Source: Eledone cirrhosa (Eukaryota). Taken from it: a DNA stretch of 64,000 nt. Positions 14,080-29,480 of this stretch are shown piece by piece. Positions within the stretch are counted from its first letter, which is position 1; each line of letters starts with the position of its first letter. The notes beneath the pieces are model-generated. The model searched no databases. It was given only the letters and a program-made list of their open reading frames with translations, and was not told the origin of the DNA. A program made the translations under genes and the position numbers. The stretch lies in assembly GCA_964016885.1 (NCBI GenBank), contig OZ024741.1, forward strand, positions 290,966,001 to 291,030,000. Reading direction: 5' to 3'.

Positions 14080-15325
14080 ATATATATATATATATAATGT
14101 GCATACATAAGCTGTTTTATAAAGGATAATATATTGGACCTACCTATGAAGGTCCTTCTGATGGTTCCACTTCGCTACTAGCCGGGGGTCATATTCACTA
14201 TCCATCTATCTATCCATAACACTTAGATACAATGACACTGGTCAAACAAACACCGGTCATTGATGTGCTGTAGTTTGGACAAACGCTGTTGACTCGGAAT
14301 GTAACTAGGTAGTTGGATATTTGTTTCTTTATATAAACTTACCTGATATTTGTTGTTAGTCATTTAAACACTCAACTTAATCAATAAGCATTTAAAATTG
14401 TTTTTTAATTCGATTAACCTGGTGGACGGGTTTGTGCCTCTTGATTTTTGTATTCCACTTAAGATTGATGTGATATATCTGGTAAAGATCATGCTTGACA
14501 GTTGCAATGCGAAGGTTTTACGTGTGTGTATGTGTGTGTATGTATGTATGTCAGTGTGTGCGCGTGGGCGTGTCTTGTTTGCTATATGTAGCGCCGATGA
14601 TTGCTAGAATGTTGAAATAAAGAAAAATCAACAAGTCAATTAATTATGCCCCTACTCGACCAAATAGCCTGGTTCTTCAAACATACTTTAAGGTTCTTAG
14701 GAAAAGTGGCAGATAGAATCTGGTGTTCGTATTTAGACGGAATGGACTGCAAGTGATGGCATCACATTCTCCCTGTGTGTTGGTGGTAAGCTCCTTATCT
14801 AGAACGCGAATTGCAGCAATAATTTCTCCAGCTGCAGCCTGGGGAATTCAGCAACAACATGGGCTTTTTATGTTGTTGAAGTACCGGTCATTGTACCTAT
14901 GGCGTCGAGGACTTACAGCGTTCTGAGTCCCTGAACAACTTTCCCTACTCGCGGTTGTCAGAACAGAACTGGCTGTCCGCATGAAGGATAGCAGTGAGTT
15001 GAAATGACTCGTTCAATATATCTCTCTTGCTACCCTGTCGGATAACACTTTTTGTTGGAAACATAAGATGGCATGTGATTGCGGTTCTGAATATCGGTGA
15101 GAGATTGGATGATTGGTAGTGGGGTGTAGCAACATTTAATTGGCTGCTTCGAGATGTTACTGTTGGTAGCTATATGCATTTATACACACCCAATTACATT
15201 AATACATGCATTTAACATTCATAGACAGATTTACAAAAAGAATGCTACTGAATTGTATACCATTCCTGATGAACCTGTAGAAAATTGGTAAGATAGAATT
15301 GTCTATAAAAAAAAAAAAAAAGAAT

Positions 15326-15357
<32 letters not shown>

Positions 15358-16907
15358 AATAAATGTAAAATGATTTTTTTTTTTTTTCTATTTACATTAT
15401 TCATGTATGTATGTTTTACAATAATAACTCCAGATATGTTGCATTAGATCTGAGAAATATTTTAACAAAGACATGATTTATATTTTCAGGGCCATATCCC
15501 AATCTAGTTGATAGAACAACTGTCACTCACAAACACACTCCAACTACTAACTAGTTCACAGATATTCCGAATTATCCTTTTTTCTGAGTTTCTCCTCTTT
15601 TCTGTCTATATTTCAATTGTTTGTTTGCTCCTCAGAACCCAACAATGCATCAGCAGTTTCATGCATATATACTTGATATGTCTCTCACTCACCAGATTCC
15701 ACATTGAGCACTTCGTTCCTTGCACCATCAGATCGAGAGACGAATATTAGTGGATCACTTGTTCAGCGTTATCTAATTGGCAGAGAATTTCCTTGGAGAT
15801 TACAAAGGAATTTTCCCGTTTTCTACAGAGATTTTCTTTTTACACGACCCCATCTTGTCGGATAGATATAGACAAGTTTACCAGCTCTTCCTGGGTATTC
15901 CAAAGGAAAAGTGGAGGAATTGATACCACAAGGCATCTCATCTAACACTAACAATTTCGTGAATAGACTAATGGTATTTTATTTTTTTGATCCTACATGA
16001 TTGAGTGGTAAAGTTGACCTCAGAATTCAGAGATCAAATATATGGAGATATTTACCGGAGGGTTTAACGGTCGAGGGTTGTGCAGCATGGTGTAATGTAT
16101 CACATCGCTCCGTCCTTTGCAGGTTTTACTTCTGTCCTCTTTGCCTGAAATTCACTGAACCGTTCCTTGGAGGATTATATTAGGCAATCCAACAGATCGT
16201 GTCTTTAAACCGTATAATCTCGTTTTTCTGTTCTTTACAGTAGTTAGCAGGTCTTACCCCCCCCCCCCCCCCCAGTTTATGAACTCTATATCACAAATTT
16301 CATCTACCATTAACTACATTTATTTAGAAAAGAAGGATACAGCTCATCCTTCAGCAACTTTCAAAATAAAAAATAAAAAAAAATAAAAAATCGCTCGTTA
16401 AGTAAGGATTGCAATACGATACCTAACACGACTGAATAAATGAAGACCTTCAAACAGAGGACACACAATCTGATTATTGTCAAACTCTGTTGCAGTAAAG
16501 ATTTCTAACTAGTAATATACATGTTTCTCGCCTTGTTAATGATCTGGTGGAAATCCAGGAGAGGCCATATACCAGCTCACCTTCTACGCATGATGTGTTC
16601 TTAAAAGGCCAATATTGTGACACGCAAGAATACGTGTTGACTGAAGCTCTCGAATCAAACTAACTTCCATCAACAGGCATGAGAATAGTTCATCACAACC
16701 ATTGTACCGTTAATAATCTTGTCGTAGCCCACCCAGGTGTATATGTGTTTCATTGTATACTTAAAATGAATGGGTAAAATTGAGTGCATTGAATCTGAAA
16801 TATTTTCTAGCCCTCTTCTTAAGTCTCCACACAAGGAAAACAGACAATCCTTCAGCATACATACACTATATATGTATGTGAGTTTGTGTGTACATTATTA
16901 TACACAC

Positions 16908-16947
<40 letters not shown>

Positions 16948-18166
16948 TAATATTGGATCTCCCTCGGTTTAAAGGGAGAGAGTTCTTGTTGCCGATCAAC
17001 AACATGTTCTTATTAATTTAGCGTTTAATTAGCTGATAATTCCACAAACACATATACCTTTAACGGCAGAAGAAATGAAGCAAATGTCCCAGCTGTAACA
17101 ATTCCTGCCACTTTTCTTACGACAAACAGACTCGACACAAATCTGAATCCCTGCCCCGCTGACACATGTATGCGTTGCCTAACCCCTAGAAGGGGAACAA
17201 CCCTCCCGACGCCGCATGTAGACACGGGGGTCCCGCAGAATGGGGACGTAATTTTGTGAAGCATTCTTTTCTAATGGTTCATGATTTGCGTTTCTTTGCT
17301 GTTTTGCAGTTTTGCTCTGCTGTGTGTGTTGTATTGTTTCTGATGTTATTTTAGCTAAAATGTGCAAGGTGAGTTACCACATTTTGTTGAGTGGGGTTTA
17401 ATATTTGTGTGTGATGTGTATGTTTTCGTATGTGTTTTAGTGTCATGTTGCATTATTGCGTTGTAATTGCGGCTTTGTTGGTGTCAGATTATCAGGTGTT
17501 CATTATGACAGAGTGCTTCGAGTTAAGTCAAGTAGGTGTTAATGTAAAGACTGACGTACGCAAAAAGAATTCTTATTGAAATTAAATTACACTCTTAGTA
17601 TAGAAATAAATATATAAAAACAAAATTAAAAATAATACTATGAGCAGTGGTTTTCAACTAACAAAAACCATGAGAAAATTGCCAAATAAGAATTAATATT
17701 TTAAAATGTTATTCTCATTCTTAAGAGATAATAAGCTCATCTTTATTAGCAAAGACAGTGAAAACAAACGATAATAGGCATATAGCACGTTTGGTAAACA
17801 CGTGTAACTGAAGTTCGCTCTTAAAGAAACTAAGTTATGGCCATTAATTTAAGCATCGGGTCTGGAATTTACGAACCCACGAGTAAAATATAGCAATCGA
17901 AAAACTGCAAATACTTTCTATGCTAAAGGCGCTATCTCAGATGTATATGCATGTATATGTACGATATTAATTTTGCTCGTAATAATAAAGCAACTTCTAA
18001 AATCTATTTGTGTATATACGTATATAGCAAACATATCAATAAGAAGAAAGACCTCTCTTTCTATATAATTATGATGATATAACATATAATTAAAAAAACA
18101 CTCATACATTTATGCACGCTGTCACCACCCGCGTGCGTGCGCGCGTGCGTGCGTGCGTGCGCGTGC

Positions 18167-18201
<35 letters not shown>

Positions 18202-18259
18202 TGCGTGTGGCATTTAGATGTGTAATAATGTTTCTCATATCTCTCCTCTTCTTTGACCA

Positions 18260-18682
18260 CTTATTCCTGAGAGGGTCGGGTGGCAAAGTCATGAAACGGG
18301 ACCAGTCAGAACCAACTTTTCAACTGATCCAGCTATATCACCAAGCGGGAACAGCTGAGCCTAGTGATATTATCCAACCATCTTACTCGGGGTCAAGCCC
18401 TGGGCCACCTGCCTGTTGTTATTTGCCCGTGAAACGTTTCCAGTGATTCTTTCCTGGGATATTCTAACCACATGCCCGTAATATCGATCTGCGATCTTCC
18501 AATTCGGAGAAGTAACGGCCCTACCTAGAGCGACTATTACCTCCAAGCTACGGACTCTATCGAGTAATGTTACTCAATAGACCCTTCGGAGGAACCCAGT
18601 TTGGGCCACTTGTATTTGCGACAGTGTTCTATCGGTCATTAGCCAAAATTTAGGACCATAGGTAAGCGTTGGCCGAAATACT
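18260..18682 (-). mobile_element. Decayed RTE LINE 3' fragment
   Basis: Minus translation VFRPTLTYGPKFWLMTDR...FLRRV*VTLLDRVRS...YYGHVVR, with stops and frameshifts. Confidence 0.8.
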
Positions 18683-19137
18683 CATTTTTTTGGATAAGAT
18701 TGGAATTGACTAATATCATATGTATAAATCCTATTATGTATATCTTGTACTAAATTAAGCAAGAATAGAATCAAGAAATATTTCAATATAAAATGTAGTG
18801 AATATCTATAAAATTAAGGTTAGTTTCTACACCGGGTAATATTATATTCAAAACGTTCTATATCATGTACGTTCTCTTTTGAATACACTGCACAGATTGA
18901 AAAGCCAGATTTAAACACACACACAGAGGTAGCTATATATATATATTTATGGATACATAGTCACGCATAAATATATGTGAATACACACATATATATATAT
19001 AAATACATAAACACATATATATATATATATATATATATAAACACGTATATATATATATATGCATATATATATAAACACGTATATATATATATATGCATAT
19101 ACACGTATATATACGCAACATAAACATATATAAATGG

Positions 19138-19170
<33 letters not shown>

Positions 19171-20273
19171 TACACACATACAGAGTGAGCGAGAGTGAAA
19201 GAGATAGAAATGATGATGAAAATATTTGAAAGCCATTAGATGTTTCCAGGTTTATTCTAGCATGATATCATGTTTCTCGAGAACACCAATAACATCATTA
19301 TAGTCAACATCGTCATCGTCGTCATCATCGTCATTATAATATTAATCATACTTATGTTCAGATCCCTCATCATTGTTTACAATAAAATTAATTGTATTTA
19401 ATTATTGTCAGCAATTGTATAATTACTATTTTCAATAAAAAAAAAAAAAAAAGATTGAATTAGTATTTTTATAATTCTTTGAAACTTCCTGTGAATTCTG
19501 CTTCTTTCGGAAATTATGCCGAGAGTCAACATGGCTGGCGCCTGAGGCAAAATGTGATAATCCACACATTTTACACTCAATTGTCACACAGATGCAGATG
19601 ACCCAATAAGGGCACAAACAACATAAATGTCCTTGGAAGGGTTTTAAATCGTTAATACCCTACTCTTGGCCATTATTATTATTACTATTATCATTATTAT
19701 TATTATTGATTTCTTTATTAACCACACAGATTAATATTATTATTATTATTATTAGTGGGTAGTAGGAGTAGTAGTAGTAGTAGTTTTTTTAATTATATTT
19801 ATCATTGTTTTTGTTATTATTATTAATAATGTTATTAGGAATATTATTCTAACTAAAATGAAAGTATCATTATTAGTAAGAATGGTGTTAAACAGTTAAT
19901 TGTGGATATTATTATCACTATCAATGTGCCATCATAATCTTCATTAACATTATTATCATTTATATAAATATTGTATATGTGATCATTATTGTTGGTGCTG
20001 TTATTATCATTGTTATTATTATTATTATTAGTTCTGGAATATATATTTTTTAACAGAATGATTAAAATTTTACGGAGAAAAAGTTTTAAATCGAAAAATG
20101 TTTTGCTTTTAGTTTATTTGACATTTAAATGAACATTTCACAAACATGTATTTATTTTTAAAAAAAAGTCATACAGATCAATAGTGGAATAAGATAATGA
20201 TTTATCAATAAATATATAAGGAAAAAGAAAGAAATTAAACAAACAGATGCACTCACAACATACACACACCAAC

Positions 20274-20309
<36 letters not shown>

Positions 20310-20828
20310 AAAGAATGTGTTTAAGCTTAACATGTTATAACATTAAAACAAAATTGAAACAATAAAATAAAATGTATGCAACAGATATATGTGAGTATGT
20401 CTCCATTTATTAATAGTGTGTGTGCGTGCGTGTCTGTGTGTCTGTGTGTGTGCGTGTGTATGTGTGCGCGCATACATATGTATCTATGTATACATAGATA
20501 CATATGTATCTATGTATACATAATACAGATTCACATTCAATTCATTTGAAATTTAAATGGAGATAATGACGAATTTGTATAACATGAAGATATTGAAAAT
20601 ATATAAATACTTGTATATAACGTGAGGTAAGAACTTAGTGATGATGGAAGAAAAAGAACATATATATGAAATATAGAGGTCAGAGTTTGAAATTTCAATC
20701 ACAAATGAATAATTTATATATTGTAAAATAATAGGTAAGATTAAACAACATAATGATCGATACAGCATCATTGATCTACGTAGAAGATTTCACTCAGTTT
20801 CATTTGTTCTCTTTTTCGCTTTATATAT

Positions 20829-20874
<46 letters not shown>

Positions 20875-20875
20875 A

Positions 20876-20964
20876 TACAGGGAGGACCAAAAGTAGCAAG
20901 ACAGGAAAAATAATTGCATTTTTAAATTAACACATTTTTTCTGTGTATCGCGACATTTTGTCCA

Positions 20965-20970
<6 letters not shown>
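20876..20970. mobile_element. Tiny Tc1-like MITE in (TA)n
   Basis: tacagggaggaccaaaagt ... acattttgtccaccatata imperfect TIRs. Confidence 0.5.
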
Positions 20971-21001
<31 letters not shown>

Positions 21002-23142
21002 GCAAGAAAGTCGTCAGAAAGAAAGAGTGCACCATAGATGCATACATAGCTAATAATAGACGTTGTTAAGCTATTTGTATCAGAACTTCATTATGATATG
21101 ACTTTTAAACGTAGCTCGCAGTTCTGGAAGCCTGTTAACTCAAGAAACAATTGGCTGCAGATGTAATGTCGACTGTCTCAATCACTATACATACACACAC
21201 ATATATATATATATACACACACAATTGTGTGTGTATACATAAACAGGGAGAAATAAAAGAGAAAGTGATGCACATAAGATATAGAATTACATGCAGAGAC
21301 AAAAATATGTACAGTTGATGAGGGTCATGACCTAAATGTGTATGAACCCACAAATATATGTATAATATATATATATATATGTATATATATGTATATATAC
21401 TAAGGAACTAGAGAAGAATGTAGGCAATATAAGCAATAAATGATAGTTATTTGAAGTGGCTGAGCCATTAAGCATAACATAAATTTTCTACATAAATTCT
21501 TAAGTCTTTTCGGAAAATTTCTGGTGAAATAATTACGATAACAATTACAGATGCAAAGTACATGATGACGGAAGAACACACATTTCCTGTTGGACAATCG
21601 GGTCACGCATTATTTCAGCGAGAAATCCTTCAATAGATTCACATAAGTGTGATGAAATTTGAGAAATCTCGTTAAGTTCCATTTTGATGTCATCTAAATC
21701 CATTCAAACTATCGAAAAATCGAGAAGATAAATAAAATACATAAAGAAAATATACATGCTTGTGTGCATGATAAAACTTGATTTACAGAGATAATACATA
21801 CACAGGGGTAGAGATAGATAAAGAGTTACACAGGCAGAAAGACAAATGCAGAGATAGTTAGATGGCTATCAGACATTGATCGGTCGATAGATAGATTGAT
21901 TTCCATACAAGCACACACAGAGTTAAATAGACATCTGTGGGAATGTATATGTACGCTCGGACACACTGAAGTACTCCACATGAATATAGAAAGCAAAGCA
22001 TTATGTAGAATATGTGCTAAGATAAATTCCGAGGAAAAAGAGAAAGGGTAAGAGAAAATTGAATAATATATTGATGCATTATATCGAAGTGTAATATAAC
22101 TTGGTGTGGAGGGTAATGTGACATGAAAGATTGTTAAATAACTGTCATTGTTATGAGGTATGGATTAGGTAAAAAGGAAGTATTTCGGATAAAGCACGAA
22201 ACGTTATCGCATTAAGTTACATAATATGAAGGGATATAAAATCTCACATCCTACATATTCATAATCAAGCAGCAAATATAATTTGATTATTCATCATGTA
22301 AACACTAGAAGAAGCAATGAAGTAAAATAATGACGCAGATTATAGAACCTTGCTGAATCCATATGATGATAATACGCGTAGGAAAAGTACGACCCAGTCA
22401 GATGATGTTAGTGTTCTTTCGCCATCTTGTACTTTTTTCATTTTTGATTGATATTAATGTTTCTCTATGAAAGTTATATAAAACGGATATATGGCTAATG
22501 GCTCAGCCATACATGTACACACACACAAATAAATATATATGTACATAGATTCATACATGCATATGTATGCGTATATATGCATATATATGCGTATATATGC
22601 ATGCATGACTGAAAGAGAACGAAAAACGAGAACGAGGTAGAGCGAGAGAATGACAGAGAGAAAACTAACAAGTTGATATACAAGCAGAATATCACTTGTT
22701 CCATATGTTGGATAAACATTGTTCAACATTACAGAAATTGAATGGCAATCCATGCAAATGGAGAAAAAGATATGCTATTGATGAAAAGCCGTGCAAATAT
22801 ACAAATATAATAGAGAAAACTTAATTGGATGAACTGAGAGAGTGAGAGAAACTAAATAAGCTTTGATGCGGACACAATATTCCCCCACACTACATACATA
22901 CATACATACATACATAACATGCACACTTTCATACAGGTAAAAAGCAAGTAAGTCATGGAGAAAAAAGAAAGTTGTAGATATGATGTTAGGTATCGTTTGT
23001 ATATTAGTTATATTGATTTATATTGAGTTATATTCATTGCTAGCAATACATGTCATGATGTGATGATACTGTTAAATCTGTAATTATTATGTATACATAC
23101 ACACACACACACATATATATGTATATATATGCAAATAAATGT

Positions 23143-23356
23143 ATATATATATATATATATATATAAATATATATAAATATATAAATATATATATATATAA
23201 ATATATAAATATATATATATATAAATATATATATATAAATATATATAAATATATATATATAAATATATATAAATATATAAATATATATATATATATAAAT
23301 ATATATAAATAAATATATAAATATATATATAAATATATAAATATATATATAAATAT

Positions 23357-23431
<75 letters not shown>

Positions 23432-23660
23432 TATATAAATATATATATATAAAAATATATATATAAATATATATATATAAAAATATATATAAAAATATAT
23501 ATAAAAATATATATAAAAATATATATAAAAATATATATAAAAATATATATAAAAATATATAAATATATATAAATATATATATAAATATATATATAAATAT
23601 ATATATAAATATATATATAAATATATATAAATATATATATAAATATATATATATAAAATA
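23143..23660. repeat. ~520-bp pure A/T (TA)n-TAAA array
   Basis: No G or C over the tract. Confidence 0.97.
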
Positions 23661-23917
23661 CTATTTATAGTTATGTATATACTATAAACAACTATAAACA
23701 GGAAAGGTCAGTAGTTTCCTACTACCTTATTACCAGTAATAGAAATAGCTCAATGTAAGAACATCAGTTTTACAGAGCAGGATGACTCCAAACGAGAGTT
23801 TGGAAGAAACGATTGTCAGCTATTAAATTATTTGAACACAACTTTGATAATTGTCTAATTTATTTATTTATATATATATATATTAATTTATGCTTAATTG
23901 GCAGGTTTAATACTCAC

Positions 23918-23978
23918 AAGAACATTGATATCTGACTGAACCAGCACGAATACGAAAGGCAGCAACAACCACAACAAC
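23918..23978 (-). CDS. FGF8/17/18: FGF8/17/18-family signal-peptide exon (g+LLWLLLPFVFVLVQSDINVL)
   Basis: 61-nt exon with strong acceptor tttttcctctctgctttgcag and donor gtgagta. Phase 2 to 0, like FGF8 exon 1B. Hydrophobic core ends in VQS|D, a plausible cleavage site, and it splices in frame to 3592. Confidence 0.8.
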
Positions 23979-24107
23979 CTGCAAAGCAGAGAGGAAAAAT
24001 TTATTTATACAAAACATAAAAGACAAGAAAGAATATATCCCTATAATTAACTGAAATTTGAAGTGAACTGAGGAAAATTTGTCTATGTATTTTACTATTG
24101 AGGAAAC

Positions 24108-24287
24108 AATTGTTTCTACTTTTGGCACAAGTCCAGCAATTATCCCAATGTATTACTGGTACTTTATTTTATCGACCCTGTAAGGATGAAAGGCAAAGTT
24201 AACCTCGGCGGGATTTGAATTCAGACCATAAAGGGCCGTAACTCTTTGCTGCAAAGGATGGCGTCCGACCCTCTACTGCCAAACCAC
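24108..24287 (-). mobile_element. SINE family A
   Basis: Reverse complement of the family; TSD-like tgaggaaa(c/t)aat; lies ~130 bp upstream of the signal-peptide exon acceptor. Confidence 0.9.
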
Positions 24288-24344
24288 TTATGAGGAAATA
24301 ATACACACATACGTACACATGAATTCGCATATATATATATATAC

Positions 24345-24383
<39 letters not shown>

Positions 24384-26165
24384 CATGCCTGCATACATAA
24401 TGAATATATGCATGTGTGTTTGGATGTGTGTGTTTGAATACATATATGTAAGTGTGTCATCTTCGGACGAATGTGTATACATATATAAAAATTATAAATT
24501 TGAATTTGCGTCTCCATGTCGTATTCGCCCCCACCCCCTATACACACAAATAAACAACTATAACATGACAAATCAGAGCAATTGCAACAGTTTCAGCAGC
24601 CTCAACAACGAGAGAATGTTGTCAATGATGCACAAAACAAGGGCGGTGGATTGGCAGAACCGGTAAAGTGTCGGCCACTAAGTTTCGCGGTATAGTAAAA
24701 GTTAATGGAAAAGTCGGCGCCAAAATGAGTTTAACTAATAAATCGATTACATGAACTTTCTACAAATAGAACCATAAACGATTTCAAAATGATAGCATCT
24801 GACAACCATCGGATCAAATTGATGACTGGATCTGATTTAAAATATACCCTACGACAAAGCGTTAGACAATGAGTAAAAATACTCATTAAACTGCTCGAAA
24901 TCAGAGCAATCTGTTGCTAGTAGTATTCTCAAATAATCAGGAATGCAGGTGGTGCATACATAGGTCAGACGTAGTCAAATTCGTTCCCTAAACACATATT
25001 TCAATGTTAGAATTCAATGCGTGGATTTTTAGGCACGTATTTCTGCTAAAGAAGCTCCTGTCGACCAAAGCTTTGTGAGTGAAATGAGATATGTGTATAT
25101 GTGTATATATAGAGCCTTACTCCCTTTTCAAATATATATATATACCTTGGGTCAATATTTGCTATATTTTCCTGCTTGCGTCGTTTCCATGATCAGAATA
25201 GAGTGTTTCGGTCCTGAAATTACGTGGCTATATTTGGTTTATTGAAGGTTTTCAACTCACCATATTCACATAGCGAAACTCTATATGTATGTATACCCTT
25301 TATACACAACGCTGCCTACAAGCATTTTCAATACACCCTATTATTCAATACATATCTGTTATTCCCCTGTTTATATATCCATTCGATAGCCAATTTGCAA
25401 AATAAATATGTTTCGGTGAGAAAATTAAAGATCGAAATACGTCCGTTGAGTTCATCAAGTTGGCTTATAGAAAAGATCCACTTCAACAGTATTGGCTTAA
25501 ATTATATCAATCCACTATAGGACTTCGTTCTACTATCTCCCACTCGCCTCGTCATAAATAGACGTCGAGGTTATATATATGTATAACAAACAAATAGTGT
25601 ATATATAATAAACAGTGTCTGCAGTTCTGTTTACATGCCAACACAAGAGCAAGGATGAAGGGCTCATCTATTGACATGGCTTTAAAGAGGTTGTTTGCAA
25701 CGAACAAATCGAATATTATTAGTAATATTCGAAAATCTCAAATTACATTTATATATATATATATATATATATATGGGATAACAAGTTATCGTTATAGGTG
25801 ATCCCCTTAGAGGTACTCCGGTTAGAGTACTCCGCGTTGTGAATGGTTTTAACGTGTGGCTTAGTTTGACTCAACAAGATGCTTCCATAGTGTTGCAGCG
25901 AGTTCGCGGTAGTTTCTATGCAGGTTATACTTGGAGAAATAATAGTTAAAGAAAGCAGAGTAACATGGTTGGCTGTACAATAAGGGCTATATTCAAATTG
26001 CTGACATTGTTTCTTTGATCTGTTGCGTATAGAGTTCGCTAATCGCTTGATGCTGCGTCAATCGATCTCCAATACGTTGTTTACAACCAGTCAACACATC
26101 AGAGCAAGTGGATATGAAAATAATACGCAAGGCATGGCTTTTATAGAAGAGTGGTGTTAACTATA

Positions 26166-26205
<40 letters not shown>

Positions 26206-26340
26206 ATTTATTTTTGTATGTAAATGTGATGCCCTTAATCCAACGACTACAACGACAATTCACACAATATGTATGTAGAGTAAATTTATTTATATTTTCA
26301 TTAATTTTTATTCAATATATTTTTGTAATAGAATTAATGA

Positions 26341-26373
<33 letters not shown>

Positions 26374-26824
26374 GAGAGGGTGTATACGTATATAAATGTG
26401 TAGTGTGAGTGAGTGTCCGCATGTAGCTGAATGCGATTGTGTATTAATATGTGAGTTTGAATCTATATGTCCCTGAGTACACTGCCGTTCATACATAAGT
26501 GTTTGTGTATTTGTCTATCTGTGTGTCTGCTTTACTGACATATTCGACGTAGTCACACGGAGTGGATGTGTTTGTTGTGGTGACGGTTGTGTTTCTGGTG
26601 TTGAGTGGAAAGACGATGGTGAGTGTGATGATGATGATGGTGCTGGGGATAGTGATTGTGATGGTTGTTGAGGAGTTGGTGATGGTAATGATGAGTTGGG
26701 AGGGAGATGGTAAAGGACAGTAGTGAAGGTGGTGTTGTGAGTGTTGCTGAGTGGAGGTGTGGAGTGGGAATGCTAACAGGTGAGGTGGTTATTCTTCCCG
26801 TTTAACACATTTTGCTTGACACGA

Positions 26825-27985
26825 AGTGAGAAAGAGGGGAAGAGAGGGGAAGAGAGGGTAGAAGTCAGAATTAGAGAAAGTGAGACAGGAAGAGTAGAAG
26901 ACAAATTAAGAGAAATAGGAAAAGTTAACTTCATACATGACGAATGAGAGAAGAGGGAGAAGAGATAATGAGAGAAGAGGGAGAAGAGATAATGAGAGAA
27001 GAGGGAGAAGGGAGAAAGAGAACAGGGAGAGCGAGAAGGGAGAGAGACGAGGGAGAAGGGAGAGAGACGAGGGAGAAGGGAGAGAGACGAGGGAGAAGGG
27101 AGAAGGGAGAAAGACGAGGGAGAAGGGAGAGAGAGAAGAGGGAGAAGGGAGAGAGAGAAGAGGGAGAAGGGAGAGAGATAAGAGGGAGAGAGAGACGACG
27201 GAGAAGGGAGAGAGAGAGACGAGGGAGAGCGAGAAGGGAGAGAGAGAAGAGGGAGAGCGAGAAGGGAGAGCCAGAGAGAAGGGAGAGCAAGACAGAAGGG
27301 AGAGCGAGAAGAGAGAGTTGAGGGAGAGAGAGATGAGGGAGAGAGAGATGAGGGAGAGAGATGAGGGAGAGAGATGGGGGAGAGAGAGAAGGGAGATAAA
27401 AGAGATAAAAGAGAGGAGGAGAGAGATAAAAGAGAGGAGGAGAGAGATAAAAGAGAGGAGGAGAGAGAGAAGAGAGATGGAAGAGAGAGAGAGAAGAGAG
27501 ATGGAGGAGAGAGATAAGAGAGATGGAGGAGAGAGATAAGAGAGATGGAGGAGAGAGAGAAGAGAGATGGAGGAGAGAGAGAAGAGAGAAGGAGGAGATA
27601 GAGAAGAGAGAAGGAGGAGAGAGAGAAGAGGGAAGGATGAGAGAGAGAAGAGGGAAGGATGAGAGAGAGAAGAGAGAGAGAAGGCTGAGAGAGAGAGACG
27701 AGAGAGAGAGACGAGAGAGAGAGAGACGAGAGAGAGAGAGTGACGAGAGAGAGAGACGAGAGGGAGACGAGGGAGGGAGACGAGGGAGGGAGGGAGACGA
27801 GGGAGGGAGGGGGGAGGGGGAGACGAGGGAGGGAGGGGGAGGGGGAGACGAGGGAGACGAGGGAGGGAGAGAGACGAGGGAGAGACGAGGGTGAGACGAG
27901 GGAGAGACGAGGGTGAGACAAGGGAGAGACAAGGGAGAGAGAGAGAGAAAGAGAAAGAGAAATAGAGATCGGAAAGGAGGGACAC
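26825..27985. repeat. Polypurine GA-rich compound repeat
   Basis: GAGACGAGG / GAGAAGG units; source of the S/L/P and E/R ORFs. Confidence 0.95.
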
Positions 27986-29089
27986 AGATAGAAATCCGGA
28001 GGTAGTGTATATGATGTGGAAGTACTATGTTTAATTATAAATTGGATCAGGCATCAAACGTGGAAAGAAACGGAATGCCAATCGAAGGTAGTTATTGCAA
28101 CGGTGTCATCAACCAGGGTACGGCACCTTTGACATTAGTATTACATATTAGTAGTACTAACCCCATTAAAATATACAAAAAGAAAGGCTAGTCATGCCGG
28201 ATTAGCAATCCAACATTGTTCTGCTCGATCAATGATCACCTGGGCCTAACTAAAACAACTATATTTTGAAAACAACGCAACGAATGAGTGATCCTCTGAT
28301 TGTGGTTCCCAAAAGGTGCACTGCAGCACTGTGTTATGCGGCGAGTTGAAGATAGGTACGGGGCAGATATATCAATATGTAGCGTACACATTGCCATTAT
28401 CTTCGTACCCAGAAAAACCATAAGCTACTGTCTTTATGGATTTCAAAGCCAACAGACATTTCATCAGCTAACAAATCAACTTATGCTCCTATATACGTCA
28501 ATTATTTTCTCAAATACAATATATATACAATTATCCATCGTAGAGAACAAATATCTGAATAGCTAGTAAGAATTTATAAGACATATAAAAATAAATAATA
28601 AAATTGTGAAATACGGTTTGAATATTTATAAGAAATATAGAATGCTACAGAAGATATTGAAATATGGAAAATATTGATTTGTTCTCTAACCTTTATGTGA
28701 ACAATATGTCCGTTTCTTCACAAAATTGCTAGACTGGCTAGCGGAAGAGACAAAAAGTGATTTTCAGTTTAATGATATATACATAGTCAAATCTCATTCA
28801 TATTTCGATCTACAGTTATAAAAGTGGCTTATCAATTCGTCTGGTCGGCGATGCACGCCAATATAAACAGGATTACACTTATGCAGAATCAGACAGAAAT
28901 ATACAGACAAAACATATAGGGAAAAAACAATCATAGTGGCCAATTGAGATTATATATAGTGAATAATAATTAACACTGAGATCATGTGAGCGGTAAGGGA
29001 AAAATGCTGATTCGGATAATTATGCTACGTTAGACAATTTTACCTACATCATTATCAGAAGTAGATAGAATAAGTTCCAGTCAAATAAT

Positions 29090-29275
29090 TGTTTTTACTT
29101 TAGGCACAAGGCCAGCAAATTACCCAGTGCATTACTGGTACTTTATTTTATCGACCCCCGTAAGGATGAAAGGCAAAGTCAACCTCGGCGGGATTTGAAC
29201 TCAGATCGTAAAGGGACGTAACTATGGTGGAAAGCATGGCGTCCGACCCTCTACCGATGCTGCCAATCCACCGCC
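29090..29275 (-). mobile_element. SINE family A (subfamily 1)
   Basis: Full copy flanked by taagttccagtcaaataat on both sides. Confidence 0.92.
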
Positions 29276-29294
29276 TAAGTTCCAGTCAAATAAT

Positions 29295-29480
29295 TGTTTC
29301 TACTTTTAGCACAAGGCCAACAATTACCCAGTACATTACTGGTACTTTATTTTATCGACCCCGTAAGGATGAAAGGCAAAGTTAACCTCGGCGGGATTTG
29401 AACTCAGAATGGCAAGGGCAGTAACTCTATGCGTCAAAGCATGGCGTCCAACTCGCTACCGATACTGCCAATTCACCGCC
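29295..29480 (-). mobile_element. SINE family A (subfamily 2)
   Basis: Full copy flanked by gttccagtcaaataat; diagnostic aatggcaaggg...ctatgcgtcaaagc segment shared with the 56968 copy. Confidence 0.92.

Noticed and set aside
25780-26150. Possible Penelope GIY-YIG/RT relics (also 17000-17300, 21400-21720)
   Set aside because: Similarity too faint to call without a search.
26773-27985. Long S/L/P and E/R ORFs (also at 32.8, 44.4, 46.0 and 53.2 kb)
   Set aside because: GA repeats lack stop codons; open in several frames.
28240-28421. Phase-2 ORF ending CCC AG|gtgatc as FGF first exon
   Set aside because: Weak donor, and it would put ~60 polar residues ahead of the signal peptide.
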